The position numbers and the translations under genes are program-made. Of a stretch of DNA of 64,000 nucleotides, positions 9,556 to 18,775 are shown in pieces. Position 1 is the first letter of the stretch, and each line of letters opens with the position of its first letter. Source of the DNA: a bacterium (GTDB lineage Bacteria > Patescibacteriota > Minisyncoccia > Moranbacterales > UBA2206); the NCBI GenBank assembly GCA_030654225.1, contig JAURXY010000034.1:25184-89183 (forward strand), read 5' to 3'. The notes beneath the pieces are model-generated. The model worked only from the letters and a program-made list of their open reading frames with translations. It was not told where the DNA came from and made no database searches.

Positions 9556-10638
9556 TTAGGATAGAATTTCCTTTATTTCCTCTAAACTCTCCGCCATAAC
9601 TAATTTTCGGCGCAATTCTGAGGCTCCAGGGAAACCTTTGACATACCAACTCATATGCTTTCGAATTTCAAAAAGTCCTTGTTGACCCTTGTTTTTGTGG
9701 ATTAATTTTGCATGAAGAAGCATTATTTTCTTTACCCTGTTAAGTAAATTTTGCTCTGCAAAATTATTTTTCGTAATCGAAAAATACTTAACAGGGTGAA
9801 TTTTTTTAAAATCGTATTTTGCCCCCGTAGAGACGCCCCGACGGGGCGTCTCTACACAATTCAATAATTCTTTTATCTCCTCAAAAATCCACGGCTTACC
9901 CCAAGCGCCCCGGGCAATTCCAAGACCATCCAAAAGAGGATGGTCTTGCAAAATTTTCACGCCATCCTCAGCGGAATTTATCCCACCGTTCGCCAAAACG
10001 ATTTTTTCCGGAAACATTTTTTTGATTTTTTCAACAAGATTGAAATCTAGCGAACCAGAAAACCCACCTTCATATGTTCGACCATGAATCATAATGACCG
10101 AGTAGGGAAGATCAGCTGTGCTTTTGACAAAATCAAGGGCTGAAAATCCTAAAGCCGAGCTTTGAGAATTTTTTAAAAGCTCGGCTTTAGGATTTTCAAT
10201 ACCTGCTCGAATTTTTATAGACACCGGCAATTTGGTATTTTCACAAACAGCCGAAATAATTTCACGCGCCAATTTTTTTTGCATCATTAGCGCGCAACCC
10301 GAACCATGACCAAAAACTTTTTTGGCCGGACAACCAAAATTAATGTCAATTCCATCTGGCTTCACTATTTGCGAAATAATTTTAGTGGCCTTGGCAAAAT
10401 GCGCCGGGTCTTTCCCAAAAAGTTGCACCACGTATGGCCGTTCAGCTCTATTAAATTTTACTAATTCTAAAGTTTTTTGAGGTTTAAAAAATAAAGCGCT
10501 AACGCTTGCCATTTCCGAATATACCACATCCGCTCCATATCGCCGGCAAATTTGACGAAACGCACTGTCCGTTATGCCCGCCATCGGGGCTAGAGCCAGA
10601 ATTGGTTTTTTCAATTTTAACCAAAAATTTTTATTCAC
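9556..10638 (-). CDS. dusB: tRNA-dihydrouridine synthase (DusB-like) with three palindromic insertions
   Basis: LAPMAGITD, DINFGCP, HGRT, ANGGI and RKHMSWY motifs; GTG start. Confidence 0.9.
   Translation of the reverse strand: MNKNFWLKLKKPILALAPMAGITDSAFRQICRRYGADVVYSEMASVSALFFKPQKTLELVKFNRAERPYVVQLFGKDPAHFAKATKIISQIVKPDGIDINFGCPAKKVFGHGSGCALMMQKKLAREIISAVCENTKLPVSIKIRAGIENPKAELLKNSQSSALGFSALDFVKSTADLPYSVIMIHGRTYEGGFSGSLDFNLVEKIKKMFPEKIVLANGGINSAEDGVKILQDHPLLDGLGIARGAWGKPWIFEEIKELLNCVETPRRGVSTGAKYDFKKIHPVKYFSITKNNFAEQNLLNRVKKIMLLHAKLIHKNKGQQGLFEIRKHMSWYVKGFPGASELRRKLVMAESLEEIKEILS
9734..9797. repeat. Branched palindrome ACCCTGTTAAGTA...TACTTAACAGGGT, in frame in dusB
   Basis: 13-bp terminal stem encloses two inner hairpins; encodes HPVKYF...LNRV. 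Confidence 0.8.
9827..9855. repeat. GTAG-type REP palindrome in dusB
   Basis: gtagagacgccccg-a-cggggcgtctctac with perfect 14-bp arms; encodes VETPRRGVST. Confidence 0.85.
10141..10198. repeat. Inverted repeat with 23-bp perfect arms in dusB
   Basis: tgaaaatcctaaagccgagcttt-N12-aaagctcggctttaggattttca; encodes ENPKAELLKNSQSSALGFS. Confidence 0.8.
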
Positions 10639-10804
10639 TAATTTTAATGTCTCCCTCAGGAGTTTGTTCTACTTTAAAACCCAAGGCTGCAATAGCTTCT
10701 TTCAGATCCTCTACCTTATCCTCAGCTGACCTATGGATATCACACGCACAAGCATTTTTTTCCACATCCGTCACCTTACATTTTTTTATACAATCATCAG
10801 TCAT
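10631..10804 (-). CDS. 57-aa protein, Cys-rich N-terminus plus a segment resembling the CysRS C-terminal tail (not in the ORF track)
   Basis: MTDDCIKKCKVTDVEKNACACDIHRSAEDKVEDLKEAIAALGFKVEQTPEGDIKISE*; fills the cysS-dusB gap and overlaps the dusB start. Confidence 0.7.
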   Translation of the reverse strand: MTDDCIKKCKVTDVEKNACACDIHRSAEDKVEDLKEAIAALGFKVEQTPEGDIKISE

Positions 10805-10808
10805 GATT

Positions 10809-12233
10809 TTATTTTTTAATTAAATAATTATTATCTTTTAAATCTTCAATCACATAACCCGCCGATTCAATCTTCTTTCGCAGTTCATCTGAGGCTGCAA
10901 AATTCCCACTGATGCGAGCTTGTTTTCGCTCTTCGGCGAGCGTCAAAATATTCGCCGGAATTTCAATTTTATTTTCCGCAATTATCAATCCAAAAACTTT
11001 GTTTATTCTTTCCCAAAATTTCAAAATATTCTCAGCTGTTTCTTTGTCTAATTTATCCTCAGAAATCATTTTGTTAGTTTCACTAATCAGATCATATACT
11101 ACTGCCAAAGCCAATGGGGTATTGATATCATCATTCATGGCGCTTTCAAACCTTTTTTGATAGATATGAGAAAAATCTATTTTTTCTAAAGATTCCGCCT
11201 TTGGTGCGTCAGAAACATTTTTCAAATTACCCACCCAATCAGAAATTTTTTGCAAATTATTTTTGGCCTGAACGAGAACGCTAGGCGCATAATTCATAAC
11301 ACTTCTATATTGTGAACTCAGGATCCAGAGTCTTATCACCATTGGATCATATTCTTTTAGTATATCTTTTACAGAAGTGTGATTTCCTTTCGATTTAGAC
11401 ATTTTTTCACCATTTATATTGACCATATTCCAGAGTGTCCAGTAATTGGCCATTTTTTTGCCTAAATATGCTTCACTTTGAGCAACTTCATTTTCATTGT
11501 GCGGAAAAACATTCTCATTGCCTCCACCGTGGATGTCGAAAGTATCTTGACCAAGAAGATCAGCTGACATAACAGAACATTCAATATGCCAACCAGGATA
11601 TCCCAAACTCCAGGGACTTTGCCATTTCAAAATGTGATTTTCATCTGACTTTATCCAAAGAGCAAAATCTAGCTGATTTTTCTTTTCAGGATTATTTTCT
11701 ATACGCGCACCATCAATCAACTCCTCGGTTTTTCTTCCAGAAAGCTTTCCGTATTCTGGGAATTTGGTTACAGAAAAATATACGGATCCATTAGATTCGT
11801 AAGCATATTCTTTTTCAATTAAACCTTCAATGAATTTAATTATTTGTGCAATATATTGCGTTGGACGAGGATTAAAATTAGCTGGTTTGATATTTAGAGA
11901 TTGGAAATCTTCCTTGGCAGAATTGATATAATTTTCAACAATTTCCATTGGATCAATTTTTTCTGCTTTAGCTTTTTTTTCAATTTTATCTTCTCCTGTT
12001 TCGGCGTCATTCACAAGATGCCCAACATCTGTATAGTTCATAATAAATCTAACTTCATACCCTAAATATTCTAAATATTTTCTAAAAATATCCATTGAGA
12101 CATATCCGCGAGCATGACCGATGTGACAATGATCATAAACTGTCGGACCGCAAACATACATTCCGACTTTTCCCGTATAAATCGGTTTAAATTCTTCTTT
12201 TTTTCTAGTTAGAGTATTGTACAATAATAACAT
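10809..12233 (-). CDS. cysS: Cysteine--tRNA ligase
   Basis: CGPTVYD, HIGH, PGWHIECS and KMSKS motifs; start 12233 or 12245. Confidence 0.97.
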   Translation of the reverse strand: MLLLYNTLTRKKEEFKPIYTGKVGMYVCGPTVYDHCHIGHARGYVSMDIFRKYLEYLGYEVRFIMNYTDVGHLVNDAETGEDKIEKKAKAEKIDPMEIVENYINSAKEDFQSLNIKPANFNPRPTQYIAQIIKFIEGLIEKEYAYESNGSVYFSVTKFPEYGKLSGRKTEELIDGARIENNPEKKNQLDFALWIKSDENHILKWQSPWSLGYPGWHIECSVMSADLLGQDTFDIHGGGNENVFPHNENEVAQSEAYLGKKMANYWTLWNMVNINGEKMSKSKGNHTSVKDILKEYDPMVIRLWILSSQYRSVMNYAPSVLVQAKNNLQKISDWVGNLKNVSDAPKAESLEKIDFSHIYQKRFESAMNDDINTPLALAVVYDLISETNKMISEDKLDKETAENILKFWERINKVFGLIIAENKIEIPANILTLAEERKQARISGNFAASDELRKKIESAGYVIEDLKDNNYLIKK

Positions 12234-12264
12234 AATTTTTTTCATTTACGAACAAATTAAAATT

Positions 12265-12304
12265 TTCGTAGATTCGCATTAAATTCGTAGATTCGCATCG
12301 GTTA
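12265..12304. repeat. Short TTCGTAGATTCGCAT tandem repeat; empty-site counterpart of 31724-31807
   Basis: ttcgtagattcgcattaaattcgtagattcgcatcggtta matches 31724-31807 once the 44-bp insert is removed. Confidence 0.7.
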
Positions 12305-13210
12305 TAGCCATTTTCTCATCTTAAAAATCGAAATAGTAACCGCTGAAAGGAAAAGCATAATCGCGAGATGAATCCAGAAAGCATTGGGGTTTTTTCCAAA
12401 AGGAATGTCGGCGCTCATGGCGAGAATATTAGAATAAACAGTCATCGGAAGCATCACGGCGGAAAAAATCGTGAGCACTTTCATGGTCATGTCTAGTTTG
12501 TTGGAAAGCAAGGAGTTATTAGTCTCTTCCAATGATTCGATCGTTTCTTTGGCACTTTCCAAATTATTCCAAATGCGAATATTAGTTCCGATCAAATCTT
12601 GATAGTATGGTTTCAAGGCTGGTTCGATTAGCTTGAAATCTTTTTGCGCCAAAGATTCAAAAACTGAGCGTTGCGGTTTCATTGTACGGCGAAAATTCAA
12701 AATGTCTCTTTTGACTACCGATATTTCAAAAACCATTTCTTTTTCGTGACCGGCAAAAATTTCTTTTTCCACATAATCCAATTTGTTGGAAATATGATCG
12801 AGTTTTGGAAAACAAGTTTCCAAAAGCATTTCGATAATATATCGTAACAGCGCACCAGGGGATTGATTCATATAAATTTCTCTTTTGGTTTTATCATTTT
12901 TCAATGAATTGAAAAAATCAGTAAGTTGAAAGATATCGCGATCATGAGAAGTGATCAAAGCATTTTCACAAAGAACTATGTCAATTTCTGCCGGATAGGT
13001 AGTTTTGTCCTCAGTGTCAAAAAGGGGAATGTGAATAGAGAGAAAGAGGCAGTTGTCATATTGCGTGGCTTTTGGCCTGAGAGTCGGCGTGGAAAATTCT
13101 TCAATGATAAGTGGATGCAAATTATATTTTTTCTGAATTTTCAGCACATCATCCGCGTTAGGTTCTTTGAAATAATGCCAAACTAAATCATTACATTTGA
13201 CTGTTTCCAT
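12302..13210 (-). CDS. corA: CorA-family divalent cation transporter
   Basis: LHPLIIE, RPK, MKVLTIFS and two C-terminal TMs; the GMN signature appears as AMS. Confidence 0.85.
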   Translation of the reverse strand: METVKCNDLVWHYFKEPNADDVLKIQKKYNLHPLIIEEFSTPTLRPKATQYDNCLFLSIHIPLFDTEDKTTYPAEIDIVLCENALITSHDRDIFQLTDFFNSLKNDKTKREIYMNQSPGALLRYIIEMLLETCFPKLDHISNKLDYVEKEIFAGHEKEMVFEISVVKRDILNFRRTMKPQRSVFESLAQKDFKLIEPALKPYYQDLIGTNIRIWNNLESAKETIESLEETNNSLLSNKLDMTMKVLTIFSAVMLPMTVYSNILAMSADIPFGKNPNAFWIHLAIMLFLSAVTISIFKMRKWL

Positions 13211-13222
13211 AACTTTTTAATC

Positions 13223-13294
13223 TTGTCATCCTGAATTTATTTCAGGATCTTATTTTTTTATTTTAGAGATGCTGAAACGAGTTCAGCATGACAA
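13223..13294. mobile_element. Non-autonomous TGTCAT...ATGACA double-hairpin element (gene-less version of the GIY-YIG unit)
   Basis: Arms tgtcatcctgaatttatttcaggatc and gatgctgaaacgagttcagcatgaca match the ends of 29807-30154. Confidence 0.85.
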
Positions 13295-13358
13295 TTTAAA
13301 TATAATTTTTTTTATGTTATTATTATAGCAATAAATTGCTTGATTGACAAAGAGCTTT

Positions 13359-13616
13359 ATGAAAAAGATAATTTTATTTTTAATCCGACTTTACCAAAAA
13401 ACACTCTCTCTTGACCACAGCTGGCTGTCTCGCGTCACCTTCGAGCGCTATTGTCGTTTTCATCCTTCCTGCAGTCAATATACTTATGAAGCCATTAATC
13501 GCTTCGGGGTGGCCAAGGGTGGATATCTTGGCATAAAACGAATTATCCGTTGCCATCCTTGGAATGATGGTGGATATGATCCGGTACCGAAGAGGCAGGT
13601 AGAAAGTAAGAAGTAG
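13359..13616 (+). CDS. yidD: Membrane protein insertion efficiency factor YidD
   Basis: [10 protein letters not shown] and [17 protein letters not shown]. Confidence 0.93.
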   Translation: MKKIILFLIRLYQKTLSLDHSWLSRVTFERYCRFHPSCSQYTYEAINRFGVAKGGYLGIKRIIRCHPWNDGGYDPVPKRQVESKK

Positions 13617-13719
13617 TAAGTATAAAGTATCCTTTACTAATTAATGAATATAAAGTATAGTATATAAACAATAATACATTAGTATATTCGTAATAAATTA
13701 GTAATTAGTAAAGAAAATC

Positions 13720-14679
13720 ATGCTTACTGACGAAGCTAAAATCAAGGTCGAAGCTGGCAAAGGAGGCGATGGGGCTGTGGCTTTTGACAAAATAATGATG
13801 TCACTTGGGCCGACTGGCGGAAAAGGTGGCAATGGAGGATCAGTCTATTTTGAAGGCGTATCTGATGTTTTTGCTTTGAATAAATATCGCCATCTCAAAG
13901 ATCATCACGCCCAAGATGGCGAGAGAGGCAAAAAAAATCGCTCCGATGGACAAAATGGAAAAGATTTGTTTTTGACCGTACCAATTGGAACAGTAATCAC
14001 ACAATTAGAAACCGGAAAAAATATTGAAATCACAAAAGTTGGAGAAAAAATTCTTGCCACTAGAGGAGGAACTGGCGGACAAGGCAATTTCTTTTTTCGC
14101 TCTTCGACCAATACCTCCCCACAAGAATTCAAAGAAGGTAAAATCGGTCAAAAATTTGAATTTTCTTTGGAGCTCCGCCTTATTGCTGATATTGGGCTAA
14201 TTGGCCTGCCAAGTGCCGGAAAATCATCTCTGCTCAACGAAATAACCTCCGCTCACGCCAAAGTGGCTGCCTATCATTTCACCACGCTTGAACCAAATTT
14301 GGGCGTATTCGATGATTTTATCATCGCCGATATCCCAGGTCTCATCGAAGGCGCTTCCGCTGGCAAAGGCTTGGGGATAAAATTTTTGCGTCACATTCAA
14401 AGAACAAAAATATTAGTTCATTGTTTGTCTCTCGAGTCAGATGATATCCTTCGTGATTACAAAGTAATTCGCAAAGAATTAGGAAAATATAATTCTGAAT
14501 TATTAGAAAAAAAAGAGCTAATTTTGTTTACCAAAAGTGATTTGATCGACCCTAAAGATTTAGCCAAGCAAATGAAAAAATTCCAAGCAAAAAATAAATG
14601 CGAAGTTATCCCAGTTTCTATCCATAATTTTGAAGAAATTGAAATGCTCAAAAAGAAACTTTTGATACTGTTGCGCTAA
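13720..14679 (+). CDS. obgE: GTPase Obg/CgtA (short form)
   Basis: Gly-rich Obg fold, GLPSAGKSS, FTTLEPNLG and DIPGLIEGA. Confidence 0.95.
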   Translation: MLTDEAKIKVEAGKGGDGAVAFDKIMMSLGPTGGKGGNGGSVYFEGVSDVFALNKYRHLKDHHAQDGERGKKNRSDGQNGKDLFLTVPIGTVITQLETGKNIEITKVGEKILATRGGTGGQGNFFFRSSTNTSPQEFKEGKIGQKFEFSLELRLIADIGLIGLPSAGKSSLLNEITSAHAKVAAYHFTTLEPNLGVFDDFIIADIPGLIEGASAGKGLGIKFLRHIQRTKILVHCLSLESDDILRDYKVIRKELGKYNSELLEKKELILFTKSDLIDPKDLAKQMKKFQAKNKCEVIPVSIHNFEEIEMLKKKLLILLR

Positions 14680-14722
14680 TTTTCTTGTTTGTGGTATATT
14701 AAAATTACTAAGACTTAATTAT

Positions 14723-14926
14723 ATGAAAACAGAAATCCTAATTATAATAATTGCCGTTGTTTGGACATTGCCTTGGAAAGGTTTTGCCCTTTGGAAATCA
14801 GCTCGCAAGGGGGATAGCATTTGGTTTACCATCCTTCTAATTGTGAATACTTTGGCTATTTTGGAAATTTTATATATTTTTATTTTTTCCGAAAGAAAAG
14901 TTGCTAACAGAATTCCCTCAAAATAA
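14723..14926 (+). CDS. Small membrane protein (DUF5652-like)
   Basis: WKGFALWKSAR...WF...NTLAILEILYIF pattern. Confidence 0.7.
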   Translation: MKTEILIIIIAVVWTLPWKGFALWKSARKGDSIWFTILLIVNTLAILEILYIFIFSERKVANRIPSK

Positions 14927-14929
14927 TTT

Positions 14930-15646
14930 ATGTATTGGATTTTTCTTATCATCTTCATAATAACGGTTCTTGTGCCTGACATCGTTCGCACAAATTTTGG
15001 TGTTATTTCAGAATCAAGGTTAGAAGAAATCTTGATTTTTTTTATGGGCGCAATGGCCTTTGCAATTTTCATAAAAAATGAACAGCAATTGATTTTTCAC
15101 AAAAAAGAAAAAGAGAAGGACAAGAAAAAAATTGAACAAACCGTCAAAGATTTGGTTGAGTCATACAGTTATATTGGAGAAGTAAATCGCAAGATGGATC
15201 TTTTGATGAACACCGCCCTTGGACTTTCGGATCGATCCGTGCTTAGCAAAGCTCATGAAAAAGAAACCTATCAGTCAATCGTGAGCGCCACCAGCTTTCT
15301 TTTGAAATCAGATTTTACCTCACTTCGTTTTGTCGATATGAAAAACATAAGAACTAAACAGGAATTTCGTTCGGAAAATAGCGGTCAGCCCATAAAAAAT
15401 AGTATGCTCGCTGAAATGAAAGATAATGTGAATGTGAAAAAACATGATGATTGTCTGATTATCTCTTCCAGTCAAAAAATAAATGACATCAAAGGTTATT
15501 TGATTATCTGTGGATTCGATGAAAAAGAAGAAAGCAACCCAAAAAACATCGAAATCCTCAAGGTCTTCGCCTCTCAAGCTCTTTTCCTATATTCATACAC
15601 CCACAACGAACCCAAAAACTGCCTGCCAAGCGAGAAGAAGAAATAA
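14930..15646 (+). CDS. Hypothetical membrane protein with a coiled coil
   Basis: Two N-terminal TMs and YSYIGEVNRK; 238-aa ORF in operon context. Confidence 0.7.
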   Translation: MYWIFLIIFIITVLVPDIVRTNFGVISESRLEEILIFFMGAMAFAIFIKNEQQLIFHKKEKEKDKKKIEQTVKDLVESYSYIGEVNRKMDLLMNTALGLSDRSVLSKAHEKETYQSIVSATSFLLKSDFTSLRFVDMKNIRTKQEFRSENSGQPIKNSMLAEMKDNVNVKKHDDCLIISSSQKINDIKGYLIICGFDEKEESNPKNIEILKVFASQALFLYSYTHNEPKNCLPSEKKK

Positions 15647-15670
15647 GATATTTTATTCGAATAAAAAAAT

Positions 15671-16150
15671 ATGAAGCAATGTATTTTTTGTGAAATTGGG
15701 AAGGGCAAAATCAAACCTCTTGGTGAAGCAGTCATCTTTGAAAATGAAGATTATCTAGCTTGGCTTTCTCCTTTTCCCAACACAGAAGGTTTTTCTGTCG
15801 TCATTCCAAAAAAACATTTTGGGAGTGATGTGCTAAAAATGCCAGACAAAAAATTGCAAGAATTTATTCTCGTTGCTAAAAAAATCTCAAAAATTTTGAT
15901 GAATTATTTTGAAGATGTTGGACGAGTTGGGCTTATTATGGAAGGTACCGGAATTGATCATGCGCATATAAAACTGTTTCCGATGCACGGCACAGGATAT
16001 ATGAAAAAAGGGGAGTGGAAACAATCCCACAGCAACAATGACAAATATTTCAAAAAATATGAAGGCTACATTTCTTCCCACGACGGCCCAAAAACTAATT
16101 TCAAAAAGTTGCAAAAAATGGCTGGGGAAATAACAGGCATGAGAAAATAA
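15671..16150 (+). CDS. HIT family hydrolase
   Basis: CIFCEI N-terminus, VVIPKKH and IDHAHIKLFP. Confidence 0.85.
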   Translation: MKQCIFCEIGKGKIKPLGEAVIFENEDYLAWLSPFPNTEGFSVVIPKKHFGSDVLKMPDKKLQEFILVAKKISKILMNYFEDVGRVGLIMEGTGIDHAHIKLFPMHGTGYMKKGEWKQSHSNNDKYFKKYEGYISSHDGPKTNFKKLQKMAGEITGMRK

Positions 16151-16176
16151 CAATGCGTTAAAATACGTATTTAAAT

Positions 16177-16367
16177 TCAACCTTGCGATAGTGTCGCTAT
16201 AAATTGAAACTTTTTCGCGTTAAGAAATTTATCCTGTTTGAGGCCCGACGCATTTGGTCGGGTCGAGTTATAAATTTTAGCGAAAAAGTTGAAAATTTAT
16301 CGACACGAAAGCTTGGTTGAGAGTTTTTCTTTTGATACTTTTCTTTTTGCGGAAAAAAGAAAAGTAT
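16177..16367. other. Long structured intergenic element (candidate ncRNA or MITE)
   Basis: Nested pairings tcaacc/ggttga, gtgtcg/cgacac, aactttttcgc/gcgaaaaagtt, aaatttat/ataaattt and cccgac/gtcggg, then hairpin atacttttctttt/aaaagaaaagtat. Confidence 0.55.
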
Positions 16368-16371
16368 GTCA

Positions 16372-17211
16372 TCACTTCACCACCTCAAACCCTTTTTGTT
16401 TCCAATCATTTAGGCCGTCAGAGAGGGCGCTCACATTTAGGATGCCCATATCAAAAAGTCGGACAGCGCCTTGGAAGGCGAGTAGTCCGGTGTTGTCGTA
16501 GAGGATAATTCTTTTGTAAGTTGTAATTTCTTTGCGTCGGCTTTCCAAATTTTCTAGTGGAATGTTCACAGCATTTTTCAAATGATCAACAGTGAATTCT
16601 TTGGCGCTTCGCAAATCAAGTAGATATAGTGAGCCACCGTCTTCCGCCATCAAACTTTTCAATTCATCATTTTTGATATAATTTACTTTTGCTTGATTGG
16701 CAAATGAATTTTGATTGCCCGCTTCCACAATTGGATTTAGCTCATTAGCCCAAGCATATATTCCGCCTTCAAGATAAGAAACATTTTTGAAGCCATTTTT
16801 GACAAAAATATCAATGGCTTGTTTTTCATTAGGAGTGAGCCCCAAATCATCGACTATAAAATAGGTGCCATTTTTTTCAGTAAAAGGAAAATTTGCGGTC
16901 AACTCGTCGAGGGTTATATTTTTTGCATCTACGATGTGACTTTGTGAAAAATTTTGCGCGTCTCGAATATCAATAATTTCTATCTTTTCAGTACTATTGA
17001 TTTTTTTGAGCAATTCAGATGATTTTATGCTCGAATATTTTTGCAAATCATCAACCTTTTCCTGCGCCAAATTTTTCGCCAAAGTATCCTCATTTTTTTT
17101 GTTGAGCCAAGACGATTTCAGAAAAAAGAGAACTGTCACCAAAACAATCAAGAAAAAACCAATTGTGATTGGCAATAGATTATTTTTTGATTGATTATCA
17201 TTTTGATACAT
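16372..17211 (-). CDS. Membrane-anchored tandem rhodanese-like domain protein
   Basis: Two IDIR/LDLR...H(I/L)xxAxNI...L(E/S)(G/D)G..W repeats; no catalytic Cys. Confidence 0.8.
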   Translation of the reverse strand: MYQNDNQSKNNLLPITIGFFLIVLVTVLFFLKSSWLNKKNEDTLAKNLAQEKVDDLQKYSSIKSSELLKKINSTEKIEIIDIRDAQNFSQSHIVDAKNITLDELTANFPFTEKNGTYFIVDDLGLTPNEKQAIDIFVKNGFKNVSYLEGGIYAWANELNPIVEAGNQNSFANQAKVNYIKNDELKSLMAEDGGSLYLLDLRSAKEFTVDHLKNAVNIPLENLESRRKEITTYKRIILYDNTGLLAFQGAVRLFDMGILNVSALSDGLNDWKQKGFEVVK

Positions 17212-17215
17212 ATTT

Positions 17216-18175
17216 TTATTTTAGCACGCTTCCAACAAAATTTGCATATCCGCAAACAAAATCCCGTGCGCTCATTTTGTTTTTTCCTTCCAATTGAACT
17301 TCTCCTAGGATTATATTACCCTTGCCAGTCTTGACTTTTATCATTTCATTTTCTTCAAAAACTTTTCCATTTTCAAAAACATTTTCTTTCGAATTTGCAT
17401 CTAAACTAATTTTGCTTAGTTTTAATCTTAGATTTCGATTGTCCTTTTCAAAATAGGTAAATATACCAGGCCAAGTGCAGAACGCCCTAAAGCGATTATA
17501 AATATCCTTTGCTTCATCTGACCAATTAATTTTTCCGTCTTCTTTTTTGATTAATTGACAAAAAGTTGCCTGCGTTTCATCCTGCTTTTTGGATTCTATC
17601 TTTCCTGTTGTCAAAAGGGGAATTGTTTCCACAAGAAGTCTCGCGGAAATTTCTGAAAGTCTTTGGGAAAGTTCAAGATATGTTTCTTTTTCTCCGATTT
17701 CAATCTCTTCTTGCATCAAAATATCACCCGCATCAACTTTTTCTTCAATGAACATAATAGTTGCTGATGTTTTCTTTTCGCCATTCAAAATAGCGTTTTG
17801 AATTGGTGAGGCTCCACGATATTTTGGTAAGCTCGACGGATGAGTGTTGATAACGCCAAAACGCGGAATTTCCAAAATGCTTTTTGGCAAAATTTTTCCA
17901 TAAGCCGAAACAATAATCAAATCAGGTTTTTTATTTTTGATCTCATTCACAACATCTTCATCAAATTTTTTCGGTTCAAAAATTTCAATTCCATAATCTT
18001 TGGCAACTTTCTTGACTGCTGATTTTTCCAATATTTGGTTCCTTCCAACTTTTTTGTCACCTTGAGTATAAACTGAAATGATATCAAACTTTTCTTTCAG
18101 CATCACACGCAAAATATTCGCCGCAAAATCCGGCGTCCCCATGAAAATAATTCTTATTTTTTTCAAATCATTCAT
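17216..18175 (-). CDS. fmt: Methionyl-tRNA formyltransferase
   Basis: IIFMGTPDFA and HPSSLPKYRGASPI. Confidence 0.96.
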   Translation of the reverse strand: MNDLKKIRIIFMGTPDFAANILRVMLKEKFDIISVYTQGDKKVGRNQILEKSAVKKVAKDYGIEIFEPKKFDEDVVNEIKNKKPDLIIVSAYGKILPKSILEIPRFGVINTHPSSLPKYRGASPIQNAILNGEKKTSATIMFIEEKVDAGDILMQEEIEIGEKETYLELSQRLSEISARLLVETIPLLTTGKIESKKQDETQATFCQLIKKEDGKINWSDEAKDIYNRFRAFCTWPGIFTYFEKDNRNLRLKLSKISLDANSKENVFENGKVFEENEMIKVKTGKGNIILGEVQLEGKNKMSARDFVCGYANFVGSVLK

Positions 18176-18180
18176 AATAT

Positions 18181-18327
18181 TGTCATCCTCGCACCCGCTT
18201 CGCGAGCATAAACTCCAGCGGGGATCCAGTATATAGACTAAGTTTATTGCGATAAAAATTATTTTGATACTAGATTCCCGTTTTCACTCGCCTCGCTGAA
18301 GCTTTGGCGAAGCGGGCGGGAATGACA
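18181..18327. mobile_element. TGTCAT-type REPIN-like element (dRS3-like arm) containing a nested 30-bp insert
   Basis: Direct-repeat sibling of 18776-18872; the right arm attcccgttttca|cgggaatgaca is split by 18287-18316. Confidence 0.8.
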
Positions 18328-18328
18328 G

Positions 18329-18769
18329 CTATTTCTTGTCTATAAAAAGCATTCCGTTTAAATGATCAATCTCGTGTTGCAAGGCTCGCGAGAGAAGTCC
18401 TTCGGCTTTGATTTCAATTTTTTCTCCTTTTTTATCCAAGGCCTTCACGGTGACTTTTTTGTGTCTCTTGACTGGGATAAATTTTCCAGGAAAAGATAGA
18501 CAACCCTCTTCGCAAATTTCTTTTCCCCAAGATTTTCGAGCAATTTTCGGGTTGATTAGAATATGCGTTTTTCCATCTAATTTTATAATACAAAGTTGCA
18601 CTGATTGTCCCACTTGCGGAGCAGCCAAGCCCAAAGCATTGCCACTTTCTTCCATAGTCGCAATCATATCCAAAATCAAGTCTTTGATTTCTCGACTTTT
18701 TGGTTCTTTTATCTTCTTCGCTTTTTGACGAAGAATTTCATTAGGATAGGTTATTATTGGTAATATCAT
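18329..18769 (-). CDS. def: Peptide deformylase
   Basis: GLAAPQVG, EGCLS and QHEIDHLNG. Confidence 0.97.
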   Translation of the reverse strand: MILPIITYPNEILRQKAKKIKEPKSREIKDLILDMIATMEESGNALGLAAPQVGQSVQLCIIKLDGKTHILINPKIARKSWGKEICEEGCLSFPGKFIPVKRHKKVTVKALDKKGEKIEIKAEGLLSRALQHEIDHLNGMLFIDKK

Positions 18770-18775
18770 ATTTTA

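Noticed and set aside
16289-16508. Two short + strand ORFs
   Set aside because: They start inside the structured element and run antisense into the rhodanese gene.
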